The notes: a model not told the origin generated them from the letters alone. A DNA stretch of 64,000 nucleotides from Bacteroidales bacterium (GCA_050179935.1 JBFXEQ010000012.1:13828-77827), one strand, 5' to 3'; positions 48,076 through 57,774 are shown, numbered from the stretch's first letter. A program made the numbers and translations.

Positions 48076-49590
48076 TTATTTAATGTTATAAAAGTCAAGA
48101 TAAGCTTTAAGATCCAATTCTTTTCCGGTTCCTCTGATTAACCTGTTTTGCCAGGTATAGTATTCTCCATCTTTGTAAAAAGACTCAAGATAGGGGCCTA
48201 CGTTTTTATTAAATGCATATTCATCACCAAATTTTTCTTTTAGTGTTTGATGAACCTGACAAGCAATCATATCAGCTAATAAGTAGTTTTGCAAATACAA
48301 TGGATATGAAACATAAATGATATCATTTAGGCTTTGGGTTCTGATTTTTTCTGTTTCTATTAGCAAGTATTTCTTTGCTAACTCAGTTTGAATTTCTTCG
48401 TAAGGTTTTTCGGGATTTATGTACAACTCAATTTCTTTCATAAAATTTACAATGCTAAAACGAATATAAGCTGGCGCATAAGTATTCAATGTTTCGCGTT
48501 GGTTCTTGATTTCTTCATCTGTCATCTCTGCATATTTTTTTAGCCATTGAGGATTTCTGGTAAACCAGGCAGATGTTTCGGCCATTCCTTCAGAAAAAGC
48601 AGGAGTACTGTTTCCCGGAATCCATTCATAACCTTCCAGAACAGGATGACCTATTGAATTATACAGTCCGTGTAATCCATGTCCCATCTCATGCATCCAA
48701 ACAGAGATATCCATACCCAAAGTCATTACAGCTCTGAAGTCCATCGGAATATTTAACATAATGCCTTGTCCTCCAACTCCTGCAGGTAATTGCTTTTCTA
48801 CCAACTTAGCATTAAAATTGGTATAATTAATTCCAATATTTGAAAGCGATTCTTTTACCAGGTCAATATTATTATACGATTTTGAAATCTTTGGACTATT
48901 ATTACCATAGAACAAACCAATAAACTGATAAGCACCTCTCTGATCGAATTGTTTAATATTTCTTTCTTTTTTAGTTTGTTCAACAAGTGCTTTGTAAGGT
49001 TCGAGGGTAGCCTTATCAAGTTGTTCGACAAATTGTTTAAACCATTCGTATCCTAAGCCATTGTTTTCGAATGAAAGATGCACATAATTTTCATATCCAA
49101 GTTGTTGTGCTTTTTTATTTCGTAGATTTATCAGATTAATCATTTTTATCGATATACTATCGGCTGATGCGTTATTGCCATCTTTTACCTCAAGCATTTT
49201 TTCGAGTTCATTTCGTGCATTCATAATCTCAGCATCATATTCGACCTTTGCCGACAGCAAAGTATTATGCCAAATAGCCACTCTGCGTCGTAATATGGTA
49301 TCTGTAATTTCTGATCTTTTTGGATACCACTGATCAATATATTTATTTAGCGTATCGTTAGTTAGTAAAGCATAGTATTTGTTCTTTGGAGTTAATAAAT
49401 CGGCCTCACCCTCACCTGAATAAAAGTACCAATAAGCAGTACCTAGTTCAATAGAAATTTGCTCATATTCTGTTTCAATACGATTTAAGAATGTTTCCAA
49501 TTCATTGGTCTGTCCGCGACATGATAAGATAATAAGAAATAAAGGAGCTATAATAAATCTCCTTTTCAGGAAATGAAAAGTACGTTGCAT
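48076..49590 (-). CDS. Lipoprotein zinc metallopeptidase (HExxH gluzincin, M3/M2-like)
   Basis: 504 aa with a lipobox-like LILSC and the motif WMHEMGHGLHG. The exact family was not resolved by eye. Confidence 0.55.
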   Translation of the reverse strand: MQRTFHFLKRRFIIAPLFLIILSCRGQTNELETFLNRIETEYEQISIELGTAYWYFYSGEGEADLLTPKNKYYALLTNDTLNKYIDQWYPKRSEITDTILRRRVAIWHNTLLSAKVEYDAEIMNARNELEKMLEVKDGNNASADSISIKMINLINLRNKKAQQLGYENYVHLSFENNGLGYEWFKQFVEQLDKATLEPYKALVEQTKKERNIKQFDQRGAYQFIGLFYGNNSPKISKSYNNIDLVKESLSNIGINYTNFNAKLVEKQLPAGVGGQGIMLNIPMDFRAVMTLGMDISVWMHEMGHGLHGLYNSIGHPVLEGYEWIPGNSTPAFSEGMAETSAWFTRNPQWLKKYAEMTDEEIKNQRETLNTYAPAYIRFSIVNFMKEIELYINPEKPYEEIQTELAKKYLLIETEKIRTQSLNDIIYVSYPLYLQNYLLADMIACQVHQTLKEKFGDEYAFNKNVGPYLESFYKDGEYYTWQNRLIRGTGKELDLKAYLDFYNIK

Positions 49591-49659
49591 AAATAATGGA
49601 TTTTATTAATTGTTAGAAAATTAGAATTTTTCTATTTGACGTTTAATTCGGGTTTAAGT

Positions 49660-50013
49660 TTAAAAGGTTATCACCTTATCGCTTTCAAGGGTTAATTGTG
49701 TAAGTTCTTTCATGGTGCTTAACTGAGCTCCCTCAATCAATTGCAAATTATGTATCCCTCTGGCTTCGGCACATGAGGTACAAATTTTTATTGCGCCTTT
49801 TTTTTGAACAAATAGTTTGAGCATTCTCTCGATATTATAATAGCCATCGGGCGTTTTTTGGTTTGGCAGAGCACAGGTAACAGCATCTGCCATTAAGAAA
49901 ACTACAACTTCTGTCGTTTCAGAATCTTTTAAAATCTGATTTGCTAAGCGAAGTCCGTTAAATGCTTTTTCGGTTCCATAGGGAGCATCATTTATAATAA
50001 TTAAAGTTTTCAT
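49660..50013 (-). CDS. DsrE/DsrF-like family protein
   Basis: 117 aa from the ATG at 50013 (MKTLIIINDAPYGTEKAFNGLRLA...). It has a conserved Cys region, KICTSCAEARG. An alternative ATG lies at 50049. Confidence 0.7.
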   Translation of the reverse strand: MKTLIIINDAPYGTEKAFNGLRLANQILKDSETTEVVVFLMADAVTCALPNQKTPDGYYNIERMLKLFVQKKGAIKICTSCAEARGIHNLQLIEGAQLSTMKELTQLTLESDKVITF

Positions 50014-50129
50014 GTGACTGATTGATTGGTTATTAATTAAATTTATCATTACAAATGTGCAAAATTTATTACAGATAATTCGTTACTGATAAAACAAATT
50101 TGGTTAACTTGGAATTTTGTAATAAAAAG

Positions 50130-50771
50130 ATGAAACAGATTTTAACGTTTTTTATATTAGTTTTAACAGTTATCTTTTCGTCATGTCTTAATGACTTACC
50201 CGAAACTATTTCATCTGATGTTGAGATAAATACAGCACTTGCTTTTCCTATTGGTGAAACATCGCTTGAATTAAATGATATTAGCGGATTTGATGAAAGC
50301 CTCTTAGAGATAAATCCGTTAACAAACAAACCTTACTTGTTCGATTTTGAAAATATTCCATTAGATTATACAATCCCATTCGAAATCGGAGATATTTATG
50401 AGAGTGCCGAAGAAATTGTTCAGTTGATATTCAGATTGAACATGTATAATGGATTCCCATCTGAGGTTCGGGTACAACTTTATTTTTTAGATCAAAATGA
50501 ATTTCCAGTTGATTCTGTGTTTTCTGATGGTCCATTACATCTGAATGCCGCAACAGCTAATAATACAGGTGTAATTATAAGAAAAACGTATTCCAAAAAG
50601 GACATCCTATTTAATACCCAACGGATTGAAAACCTTCAATATGCCAATAAGATTAAGGTTTATGCAATATTTAGTACGGATGGCATTGATCCCGATTTGG
50701 TTGAACTTTACGATGAATACACAATAGATGTGCAAATAGGTGTAAAAGCAAATCTGAGGTTTAATCCTTAG
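50130..50771 (+). CDS. Hypothetical lipoprotein
   Basis: The ATG at 50130 gives MKQILTFFILVLTVIFSSC, a lipoprotein signal. No family was recognised. Confidence 0.55.
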   Translation: MKQILTFFILVLTVIFSSCLNDLPETISSDVEINTALAFPIGETSLELNDISGFDESLLEINPLTNKPYLFDFENIPLDYTIPFEIGDIYESAEEIVQLIFRLNMYNGFPSEVRVQLYFLDQNEFPVDSVFSDGPLHLNAATANNTGVIIRKTYSKKDILFNTQRIENLQYANKIKVYAIFSTDGIDPDLVELYDEYTIDVQIGVKANLRFNP

Positions 50772-50785
50772 AATTCAGATTTAAA

Positions 50786-52246
50786 ATGAAAAAGAGCCTT
50801 CGAATAATAATCCTTCTATTGTTATTGATTTCATTAACAACAAGCTTATTTTCACAACAAAATAATACATTCTACTTAATGCACAATGTTCCTCAGAGCA
50901 ATTTGCTTAATCCTGCTGTTCAGATTGATTGCAAATGGTTTATCGGAATACCTGCACTTACTTCGACACAATTAAATTACAGCAATACCGCTTTTTCTTT
51001 TAACGATATTCTTGGTGGTGGTAATATTGACATTAATTCATTGAATAACAATGTGCATAAAACTGATTTGCTCGCTTCAGAACTTCATCTCGATCTCATT
51101 TCTCTTGGGTATAAATACAATGAGTATTATATAACGTTTAATATTGCCGAAAAAGCTAATATAGCAGTTACTTATCCTGGTGATTTGATAGGGCTTGCGT
51201 GGCAGGGAAATGCTCAATTTATTGGCGAAACAGCAAATTTTAACAACCTGCGGACAAATACTTCTTATTATCGCGAATATGCAATTGGTGTTTCAAATGT
51301 TTTTGACCAGTACAGAACTTTTGGAATTCGTGCAAAACTGCTTTTCGGGAAGTTAAATATTTATTCAGGCAAATCAGAAATGAGCCTTTATACCAACCCA
51401 ACAACATACGATTTGCATCTCGAAGGAGATATAACACTAAATTCATCTTTACCTCTAACAGTAAATCAGAATGCTGATGGGACCATTTCGGGAATTACTG
51501 TAAACGAAATTGATTATATGGGTACTTTGTTTAATTCAGATAATAAAGGTTTTGCAGTCGATCTTGGAGGAATTTACAGATATGATGAATCTCTAACTTT
51601 ATCAGGAAGTATTCTCGATCTGGGATTTATTCGTTGGGAAACCACTCCAACAAATATCCATATGCAGGGATCTTTTGTTTATGAAGGTACAGGGTTAAAT
51701 AGCGATTTTGACTCAAACGGGTATATTTTAGATCTGCGGGATTCGCTGGTTAGCGCTTTTACACAAGATGTAACTCACAATACTTACTACTCTTGGCTAC
51801 CCTTGCAAATTTATTTTGGAGCAATGTACCAGTATTTACCAAAATTGGGAATAGGGGCTGTAAATCGAAATGTAATTTACCGGAATAAATTGCATTCATC
51901 GTTAACATTATCGGCAAATACAACCTTGTGGAACAAATTTTCAGCATCAGTTAGCTGGTCGTATTTAAACAACACCTACAAAAACATAGGGTTAGGACTT
52001 GCATGGCACAACCGAGGGTTGCAGATACATATGGTGAGCGATAACTTATTGGGTATTTTTAGACCATTGGATGCTCGTAATTTAAATTTACGATTTGGTT
52101 TTAGTGTTCTGCTTGGTTGTCCTAAAAACAGAAAAGATCCGACAAAAATTAATAAGTATTCAAACGGTGAGGAAAATGCAAATTGTTCGTGGCAGAAGAA
52201 AATACAAGACAAATATAAGAAGAAGAAAAAAGCATTAAATAAATAG
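50786..52246 (+). CDS. Hypothetical outer-membrane beta-barrel-like protein (possibly DUF5723-like) with Lys-rich tail
   Basis: 486 aa with a signal peptide and alternating beta-strand pattern. It resembles PorP/SprF-type barrels only loosely. It starts 15 nt after the lipoprotein gene. Confidence 0.5.
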   Translation: MKKSLRIIILLLLLISLTTSLFSQQNNTFYLMHNVPQSNLLNPAVQIDCKWFIGIPALTSTQLNYSNTAFSFNDILGGGNIDINSLNNNVHKTDLLASELHLDLISLGYKYNEYYITFNIAEKANIAVTYPGDLIGLAWQGNAQFIGETANFNNLRTNTSYYREYAIGVSNVFDQYRTFGIRAKLLFGKLNIYSGKSEMSLYTNPTTYDLHLEGDITLNSSLPLTVNQNADGTISGITVNEIDYMGTLFNSDNKGFAVDLGGIYRYDESLTLSGSILDLGFIRWETTPTNIHMQGSFVYEGTGLNSDFDSNGYILDLRDSLVSAFTQDVTHNTYYSWLPLQIYFGAMYQYLPKLGIGAVNRNVIYRNKLHSSLTLSANTTLWNKFSASVSWSYLNNTYKNIGLGLAWHNRGLQIHMVSDNLLGIFRPLDARNLNLRFGFSVLLGCPKNRKDPTKINKYSNGEENANCSWQKKIQDKYKKKKKALNK

Positions 52247-52319
52247 TCGGTCTGGAGGGAATCGAACCCTCGACCCCATGATTAAGAGTCACGTGCTCTG
52301 CCAACTGAGCTACAGACCG
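52247..52319 (-). tRNA. tRNA-Lys (anticodon CTT)
   Basis: Hand-folded cloverleaf. Acceptor CGGTCTG/CAGACCG, D-arm GCTC-AGTTGGCA-GAGC, anticodon arm CGTGA-CTCTTAA-TCATG and T-arm GAGGG-TTCGATT-CCCTC. No encoded CCA. Confidence 0.85.
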
Positions 52320-52540
52320 AAAAACGTATTCAAAAATAACAATTTCTTTGAGATTCCCATCAGTTTTGTAGGTATAATTAACAAATTTAAATCAGACAAA
52401 TTTATCTAATTTGCAGATGATATTTACTATTTCTTTTCTATCAATGTATTTACATATTGTTAATAGACCACTTCCTATTTGGTAACTTACTCTATTTGGA
52501 AACATGGCGTTTTTTATTATACTTGCTAAAAAATAACCAA

Positions 52541-52825
52541 ATGAAAGCTCCATTTACTTTTGGAAAAATAACATAGGATAAAGATCTTCCCAAAAGAATA
52601 AAAGAAACCGAGATAGTAAAGCAAAACTTTAAATCATTAAACAATAAAATTCTTGTTTTACCTCGCAGATGGTGTAAATCTTCGCTTGTAACCAAAGCAG
52701 CAGCATTGGTTTCAGAAGAAAATAAAAAAATTCACTTTTGCAGATCTTCCTAAATCGGATGAAATTGAAAATGAATACCTGGAATTGTGGGATCCACCAA
52801 TATATAACATAAAAAATTTTCCATA
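52541..52825 (+). pseudogene. Decayed remnant of an AAA/Arch_ATPase-type (DUF234-associated) ATP-binding protein gene
   Basis: The reading is MKAPFTFGKIT(TAG)DKDLPKRIKETEIVKQNFKSLNNKILVLPRRWCKSSLV.... PRRWCKSSL resembles the degenerate Walker A PRRxGKTSL of this family. There is an in-frame TAG at 52574-52576 and a frame change at an A7 run. The total length is far too short. Confidence 0.4.
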
Positions 52826-52859
52826 ACAAAAAAGGTCAGCTTGTATGCCGACCTTCTTG

Positions 52860-52933
52860 CTCCCCAGCTAGGACTTGAACCTAGGACCCCCTGATTAACA
52901 GTCAGGTGCTCTAACCAACTGAGCTACTGAGGA
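52860..52933 (-). tRNA. tRNA-Asn (anticodon GTT)
   Basis: Hand-folded cloverleaf. Acceptor TCCTCAG/CTGGGGA, D-arm GCTC-AGTTGGTTA-GAGC, anticodon arm CCTGA-CTGTTAA-TCAGG and T-arm CTAGG-TTCAAGT-CCTAG. Confidence 0.88.
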
Positions 52934-53118
52934 ATTTTATGCACCTAGTTGGTGTTTCGAGTGGCAAAAATAATTTCTTTTTACTATTTAACAAAACTTA
53001 TATCAAAAAAAATTAAATAATTTGTTTTTTTATGGTTGCTGCTTTATTCTTTCGCAGTGATATTCAATAAATCAACCTTAAATTTTTGGTAATTTATTAT
53101 TGACAATTTTTTTTATTG

Positions 53119-53126
53119 TATTTTTG
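53119..53126 (+). promoter_or_regulatory. Candidate -7 box (TAnnTTTG) for kbl
   Basis: TATTTTTG lies 25 nt upstream of the ATG at 53151. Confidence 0.35.
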
Positions 53127-53150
53127 AAAACAAAATTAAAAATTACTATT

Positions 53151-54341
53151 ATGTACGGTAAATTAAAAGATTTTCTTCAAAAAGAACTGGCTGATATAAA
53201 AGCTGCTGGATTATATAAAAATGAACGCGTTATTACCTCGCATCAAAAAGCAGAAATAACTATTAGTACGGGTGAAAAAGTATTAAACTTTTGCGCCAAT
53301 AACTACCTTGGATTATCTGATCATCCAAGATTGTTAGAAGCTGCTAAAAAAGGTGTAGAACAAAGAGGTTTCGGAATGTCGTCTGTTCGATTCATTTGTG
53401 GGACACAAGATATTCACAAAGAACTTGAGGCAAAAATTGCTGAATACTTTGGTACTGAAGATACCATTCTGTATGCTGCATGTTTCGATGCAAATGGAGG
53501 TATTTTCGAACCATTATTTGGTGAACAGGATGCCATCATATCCGATTCATTAAATCATGCCTCAATAATTGATGGGGTAAGACTTTCAAAGGCTCAGCGC
53601 TACAGATATCAGAATGCTGATATGGAAGATCTTGAAAACCAACTAAAATTAGCTCAAGCACAACGATTCAGAATAATTGTTACCGACGGTGTTTTCTCCA
53701 TGGATGGCAATGTTGCTCCAGTGGATAAAATTGTTGCCTTGGCCGAAAAATACGATGCGCTTGTTATGGTGGATGAATGCCATTCTGCTGGTGTAGTTGG
53801 CAAAACAGGACGTGGTGTTACCGAACAATTCAATGTTCGTGGGAAAGTTGATATTATTACCGGAACGCTTGGAAAAGCTTTTGGTGGAGCTATTGGTGGT
53901 TTTACAACCGGTCGAAAAGAAATAATTGAATTACTACGTCAGCGTTCGCGCCCTTATTTGTTTTCAAACTCAATTCCACCATCAGTTGTATATGCCGGTA
54001 TCGAAGTTTTTGATCTATTAAAAGAATCAAATGCTATACACGATAAGTTAATAAGCAACCGTGATTACTTTAAAGATAAAATGATTGCTGCCGGATTTGA
54101 TATCAAACCAACACAGTCTGCAATTCTGGCTGTAATGTTATATGATGCAAAACTTTCGCAGGATTTTGCAGCAAAATTACTAAAAGAAGGTATTTATGTT
54201 ATCGGATTCTATTTCCCTGTAGTACCTAAAGAACAAGCCCGAATAAGAGTTCAGGTTTCTGCTGGCCACGAAAAAGAACATCTTGACAAGGCTGTTGCTG
54301 CATTTATAAAAGTTGGTAAAGAGCTCGGGGTTTTAAAGTAA
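53151..54341 (+). CDS. kbl: Glycine C-acetyltransferase (2-amino-3-ketobutyrate CoA ligase)
   Basis: 396 aa from the ATG at 53151 (MYGKLKDFLQKEL...). Contains NYLGLS, DECHSAGVVG and the PLP lysine in GTLGKAFGG. Confidence 0.9.
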   Translation: MYGKLKDFLQKELADIKAAGLYKNERVITSHQKAEITISTGEKVLNFCANNYLGLSDHPRLLEAAKKGVEQRGFGMSSVRFICGTQDIHKELEAKIAEYFGTEDTILYAACFDANGGIFEPLFGEQDAIISDSLNHASIIDGVRLSKAQRYRYQNADMEDLENQLKLAQAQRFRIIVTDGVFSMDGNVAPVDKIVALAEKYDALVMVDECHSAGVVGKTGRGVTEQFNVRGKVDIITGTLGKAFGGAIGGFTTGRKEIIELLRQRSRPYLFSNSIPPSVVYAGIEVFDLLKESNAIHDKLISNRDYFKDKMIAAGFDIKPTQSAILAVMLYDAKLSQDFAAKLLKEGIYVIGFYFPVVPKEQARIRVQVSAGHEKEHLDKAVAAFIKVGKELGVLK

Positions 54342-54384
54342 TGAATTAAAAGAGATTGTGCCAAAAGCACGAAAGTTATCTATT

Positions 54385-54487
54385 TTTCGACAGGTTTAAG
54401 ATAACAACAACTTAATAATCAATATGTCACAATGAGCTTGTCGAAATGTGAATACAAAAAAGAGGCTGTTTACAGCCTCTTTTTTGT
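54385..54487 (-). repeat. Copy B (inverted orientation) of the ~105-nt intergenic repeat
   Basis: The reverse complement aligns to 10571-10680 (see copy A). It includes the terminator hairpin AAAAAAGAGGCTGTAAACAGCCTCTTTTTT. Confidence 0.65.
54456..54487. terminator. Bidirectional intrinsic terminator between kbl and the kinase gene
   Basis: AAAAAAGAGGCTGTTTACAGCCTCTTTTTTG. Confidence 0.75.
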
Positions 54488-54500
54488 GGATTATAGTAGA

Positions 54501-55142
54501 TTAAAATAATCCATGTATTTGTGCATCAATTTTATTAATTACATGGCTTAAATCTTCTTTGTTCTCCGAAAAATTAAGATTATCAACATCAATAATCAAC
54601 AATTTTCCCAAGTCATATCCTTCAATCCAGGCTTCGTATCGTTCGTTAAGTCTCTTAAGATAATCAAGGCGAATAGAATTCTCGTAATCACGGCCTCTTT
54701 TCTGTATTTGATTTACAAGGGTTGGAACGGAAGCTCTTAGATAAATCAATAAATCTGGTGGCTGAATAAGTGTTGTCATCGATTTAAACAGGGTAAAATA
54801 ATTGTCAAAATCGCGTGTTGACATTAAACCCATGGTATGCAAATTGGGAGCAAAGATAAACGCATCTTCGTAAATTGTGCGATCCTGAATAACTGTTTTT
54901 CCAGATTTGCGAATACTCAAAATCTGTCCAAGCCTGCTATTTAAAAAATAAATTTGCAGATTAAACGACCAGCGCTGCATATCTTCGTAAAAATCATTTA
55001 AATAGGGATTTACATCAACATCTTCATAATGGGCATCCCAATGATAATGTTTTGACAACAAACCGGTTAAGGTTGTTTTCCCCGAGCCAATATTTCCGGC
55101 AATGGCAATATGCATTGCTTCTGTTTTAATTGATTTTGACAT
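54501..55142 (-). CDS. Deoxynucleoside kinase
   Basis: 213 aa with a P-loop (IAGNIGSGKTTL), ERS-like (DRTIYED) and lid (RGRDYE) motifs of the dNK family. Confidence 0.85.
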   Translation of the reverse strand: MSKSIKTEAMHIAIAGNIGSGKTTLTGLLSKHYHWDAHYEDVDVNPYLNDFYEDMQRWSFNLQIYFLNSRLGQILSIRKSGKTVIQDRTIYEDAFIFAPNLHTMGLMSTRDFDNYFTLFKSMTTLIQPPDLLIYLRASVPTLVNQIQKRGRDYENSIRLDYLKRLNERYEAWIEGYDLGKLLIIDVDNLNFSENKEDLSHVINKIDAQIHGLF

Positions 55143-55154
55143 ATTGTAATATCT

Positions 55155-55394
55155 TTAACTGTTTCCGTTTTGATTAAATAGATTTGGCGTGTTTTCGAAT
55201 AATGTAGGATAATCTTCATCAAATTTTTTAAGTATCGATCCTATAATCATTTCGCGCATCATTTTTGACTTATTGGTAATTTTGTATTTCTTGCAATAAT
55301 GATTAATGGCTTGTATCTCTTTCTCATTAAACAAGATCGTTCTCTTAAATATTCGTTTTAGCTTTTTTACTTTTTCAGGTTTCCTTTTTTTCAC
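55155..55394 (-). CDS. Small basic hypothetical protein
   Basis: 79-aa ORF packed between two genes (12-nt and 21-nt gaps). It has a Lys-rich N-terminus. No family was recognised. Confidence 0.45.
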   Translation of the reverse strand: MKKRKPEKVKKLKRIFKRTILFNEKEIQAINHYCKKYKITNKSKMMREMIIGSILKKFDEDYPTLFENTPNLFNQNGNS

Positions 55395-55415
55395 TATAAA
55401 GTTAATTATTTGTGA

Positions 55416-56216
55416 TTAGTTATTTATGCTATAAATTGAAATTCTATCATCCAATAACAAAAAAACTTTTGACCCTTCAATTTTTACATTTTTTATTTTT
55501 TCTACAGGCATTTTGATGTTCTCTGATTCATAAGTTTGAGTATTATAAATAGTAAGCTCAATCCCATTAAAAAAAGAGATGTTGTTCCCAACTACCTGAA
55601 AATCTAGAAAATCTAATATAGGATAATTTTTCATGAAGGTTCCATAGTTATCAAACTGAAAAATGCCTTGCCCTGCTACTCCTAAATAAATGAAATCGTT
55701 TTTTTCGACTATTTGACAAGATTCTTGAGACGAACTTTCTATCAAATCAAATAAAATCGAGCTTTTGTGTGCTGTTTTTAGGTTGTTATCAATATATATA
55801 ATCTGCCCCAACTCCTTTTCGTAAATCCAGAAACCACCATTTGCAGCTGTTCCTACTGCAATAACATTATAATATCCAAGGTCGGATAGGTTTATTGCGC
55901 TTCGTAATTCGGCGAGTTCGCTGTTTAAAAATACAAGGGTATTAAACTCTTTATAAAAAATGATTATCCTAAATGGATCGGTTACATCAATTGAATGAAT
56001 TCCTCCCAACAGATTATTTGAATAACTCTGTATTGTATTTTGCAACGCCGAGAACCGGGTTAACGTAATGTTGTTTACTGTATAAATATTTCCCAGATGA
56101 TCGGTATTTATTAATTCTCCTTTTAGGGGTATGTCTTTAATCCATACCAGATCGACAGGTTTATAGTAATCCATTTGGATAGTGAAGATCAATATCGAAA
56201 TCCATGTTGTCCACAT
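55416..56216 (-). CDS. Hypothetical protein (beta-rich)
   Basis: 266-aa ORF starting 6 nt downstream of the GH3 gene stop. No family was recognised. Confidence 0.5.
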   Translation of the reverse strand: MWTTWISILIFTIQMDYYKPVDLVWIKDIPLKGELINTDHLGNIYTVNNITLTRFSALQNTIQSYSNNLLGGIHSIDVTDPFRIIIFYKEFNTLVFLNSELAELRSAINLSDLGYYNVIAVGTAANGGFWIYEKELGQIIYIDNNLKTAHKSSILFDLIESSSQESCQIVEKNDFIYLGVAGQGIFQFDNYGTFMKNYPILDFLDFQVVGNNISFFNGIELTIYNTQTYESENIKMPVEKIKNVKIEGSKVFLLLDDRISIYSINN

Positions 56217-56222
56217 ACTTGA

Positions 56223-57740
56223 TTAGATTCTATTATTTAGCTCTATAAGCTCGTCGATATATTGTCGGCTATTTGATAATCGCGGAACTTTGTTTTGCCC
56301 TCCAACTTTGCCTTTTTCTTTTAACCACTGGTAGAAAAGATTCTGTTTTGCTTTAACAACCGTAAGTTGCTCTAAAGTAATACTTTTATACCTTTTTGCT
56401 TCGTAGTCGGAGTTTACTTGTTGCAACGAAAGATCAAGTATTTTAACAAACTCATCAAAGTTAGATGGTTCGTGTTCAAACTCTATAAGCCATTGATGCG
56501 CTCCTTTTGTTTGCGCACCCATATATACCGGAGCAGCTGTATAATCTTTTATCATTGCTCCGGTTTTTTCACATGCCGATTTCAAGGCGTTTTCGGCATT
56601 ATCTATTATCACTTCTTCGCCAAATACATTTATAAAATGCTTGGTACGCCCGCTGATCTTTATTTTATGCGGATATTTAGAGGTAAAAATAACCGTATCG
56701 CCAATCATATATCTCCATAATCCTGAGTTTGTTGATATAACAATTGCGTAGTTTTTATTCAGCTCCACCTCGTCAATATGAAGGGCTATCGGATTTTCTT
56801 TTTCCAGTTCTTCGAAAGGGATAAATTCAAAGAAAATGCCATAATCGAGCATAAGTAGCATATCATCGCGGGTTGGATAATCCTGAATTGCAAAAAAACC
56901 TTCAGAAGCATTATATGTTTCCATGTAATTCATCTTATCCTTCGGAATAAGAATTTTAAACTGCTCGCGATAAGGCTGAAAACTAACCCCACCATGAGTA
57001 AATAGCTCGAGGTTAGGCCATATTTCGAGAATGTTTTTTGCACCTGTTTTTTGAAGTATGTATTTTAACAACACCAATGTCCATGACGGAACACCTGCTA
57101 TACTTGTAACATTCTCTTTTATGGTGGCTTCAGTAATCTTACTGAGTTTTTCTTCCCACTCACTCATCAGGGCTATTTCCTGACTTGGTGTTTTTATAAA
57201 ATGGGCCCAAAAGGGAAGGTTTTCTATCAATATTGCTGATAAATCACCATAGAACGATTCGTTATTTATTTTATTTATCTGATGACTGCCACCAAGAGTT
57301 AATCCCTTGCCCGAAAAAACTTCTGTTTCGGGATAATTAATTGTATAAAGAGCCAATACATCTTTGCCTCCTCTAAAATGACATTCTTCGAGCGACTCAG
57401 CGGAGACAGGTATAAATTTGCTTTTATCGCTGGTTGTACCCGATGATTTTGCAAACCACTTTATGTCTGTTGGCCAAAGCACATTTTGTTCACCTCGCAT
57501 TAGCCTATCAATATAGGGTTTAAGAGTATCATAAGTTTGAATAGGTACTCTTTCCTGAAATTGTTTAATACTTCGAATAGAATCAAAATGATACTTTTTA
57601 CCAAACTGGGTATTCTTAGCCTGATCAATTAGCTTGAATAGTACCTCTTGCTGGGCATCAAAGGGGAATTTTTTGAATAAATCAATCTGATATACTCTTT
57701 TAAAGTTTATCCAGGTAACTATGGAATTTATGATTTGCAT
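56223..57740 (-). CDS. GH3-family (auxin-responsive-promoter-like) acyl-adenylate-forming enzyme
   Basis: 505 aa. The N-terminus and blocks FAKSSGTTSDKSKFIP and YNASEGFFA match bacterial GH3 homologs. Confidence 0.8.
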   Translation of the reverse strand: MQIINSIVTWINFKRVYQIDLFKKFPFDAQQEVLFKLIDQAKNTQFGKKYHFDSIRSIKQFQERVPIQTYDTLKPYIDRLMRGEQNVLWPTDIKWFAKSSGTTSDKSKFIPVSAESLEECHFRGGKDVLALYTINYPETEVFSGKGLTLGGSHQINKINNESFYGDLSAILIENLPFWAHFIKTPSQEIALMSEWEEKLSKITEATIKENVTSIAGVPSWTLVLLKYILQKTGAKNILEIWPNLELFTHGGVSFQPYREQFKILIPKDKMNYMETYNASEGFFAIQDYPTRDDMLLMLDYGIFFEFIPFEELEKENPIALHIDEVELNKNYAIVISTNSGLWRYMIGDTVIFTSKYPHKIKISGRTKHFINVFGEEVIIDNAENALKSACEKTGAMIKDYTAAPVYMGAQTKGAHQWLIEFEHEPSNFDEFVKILDLSLQQVNSDYEAKRYKSITLEQLTVVKAKQNLFYQWLKEKGKVGGQNKVPRLSNSRQYIDELIELNNRI

Positions 57741-57774
57741 AACTCAATTTTAAATTTTTAAAGATCGATTCTTT

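Noticed and set aside
52492-52829. Two minus-strand ORFs of 67 and 66 aa between the tRNAs.
   Set aside because: They are antisense to the decayed ATPase remnant, and the AT-rich spacer gives F/L/K-rich nonsense peptides.
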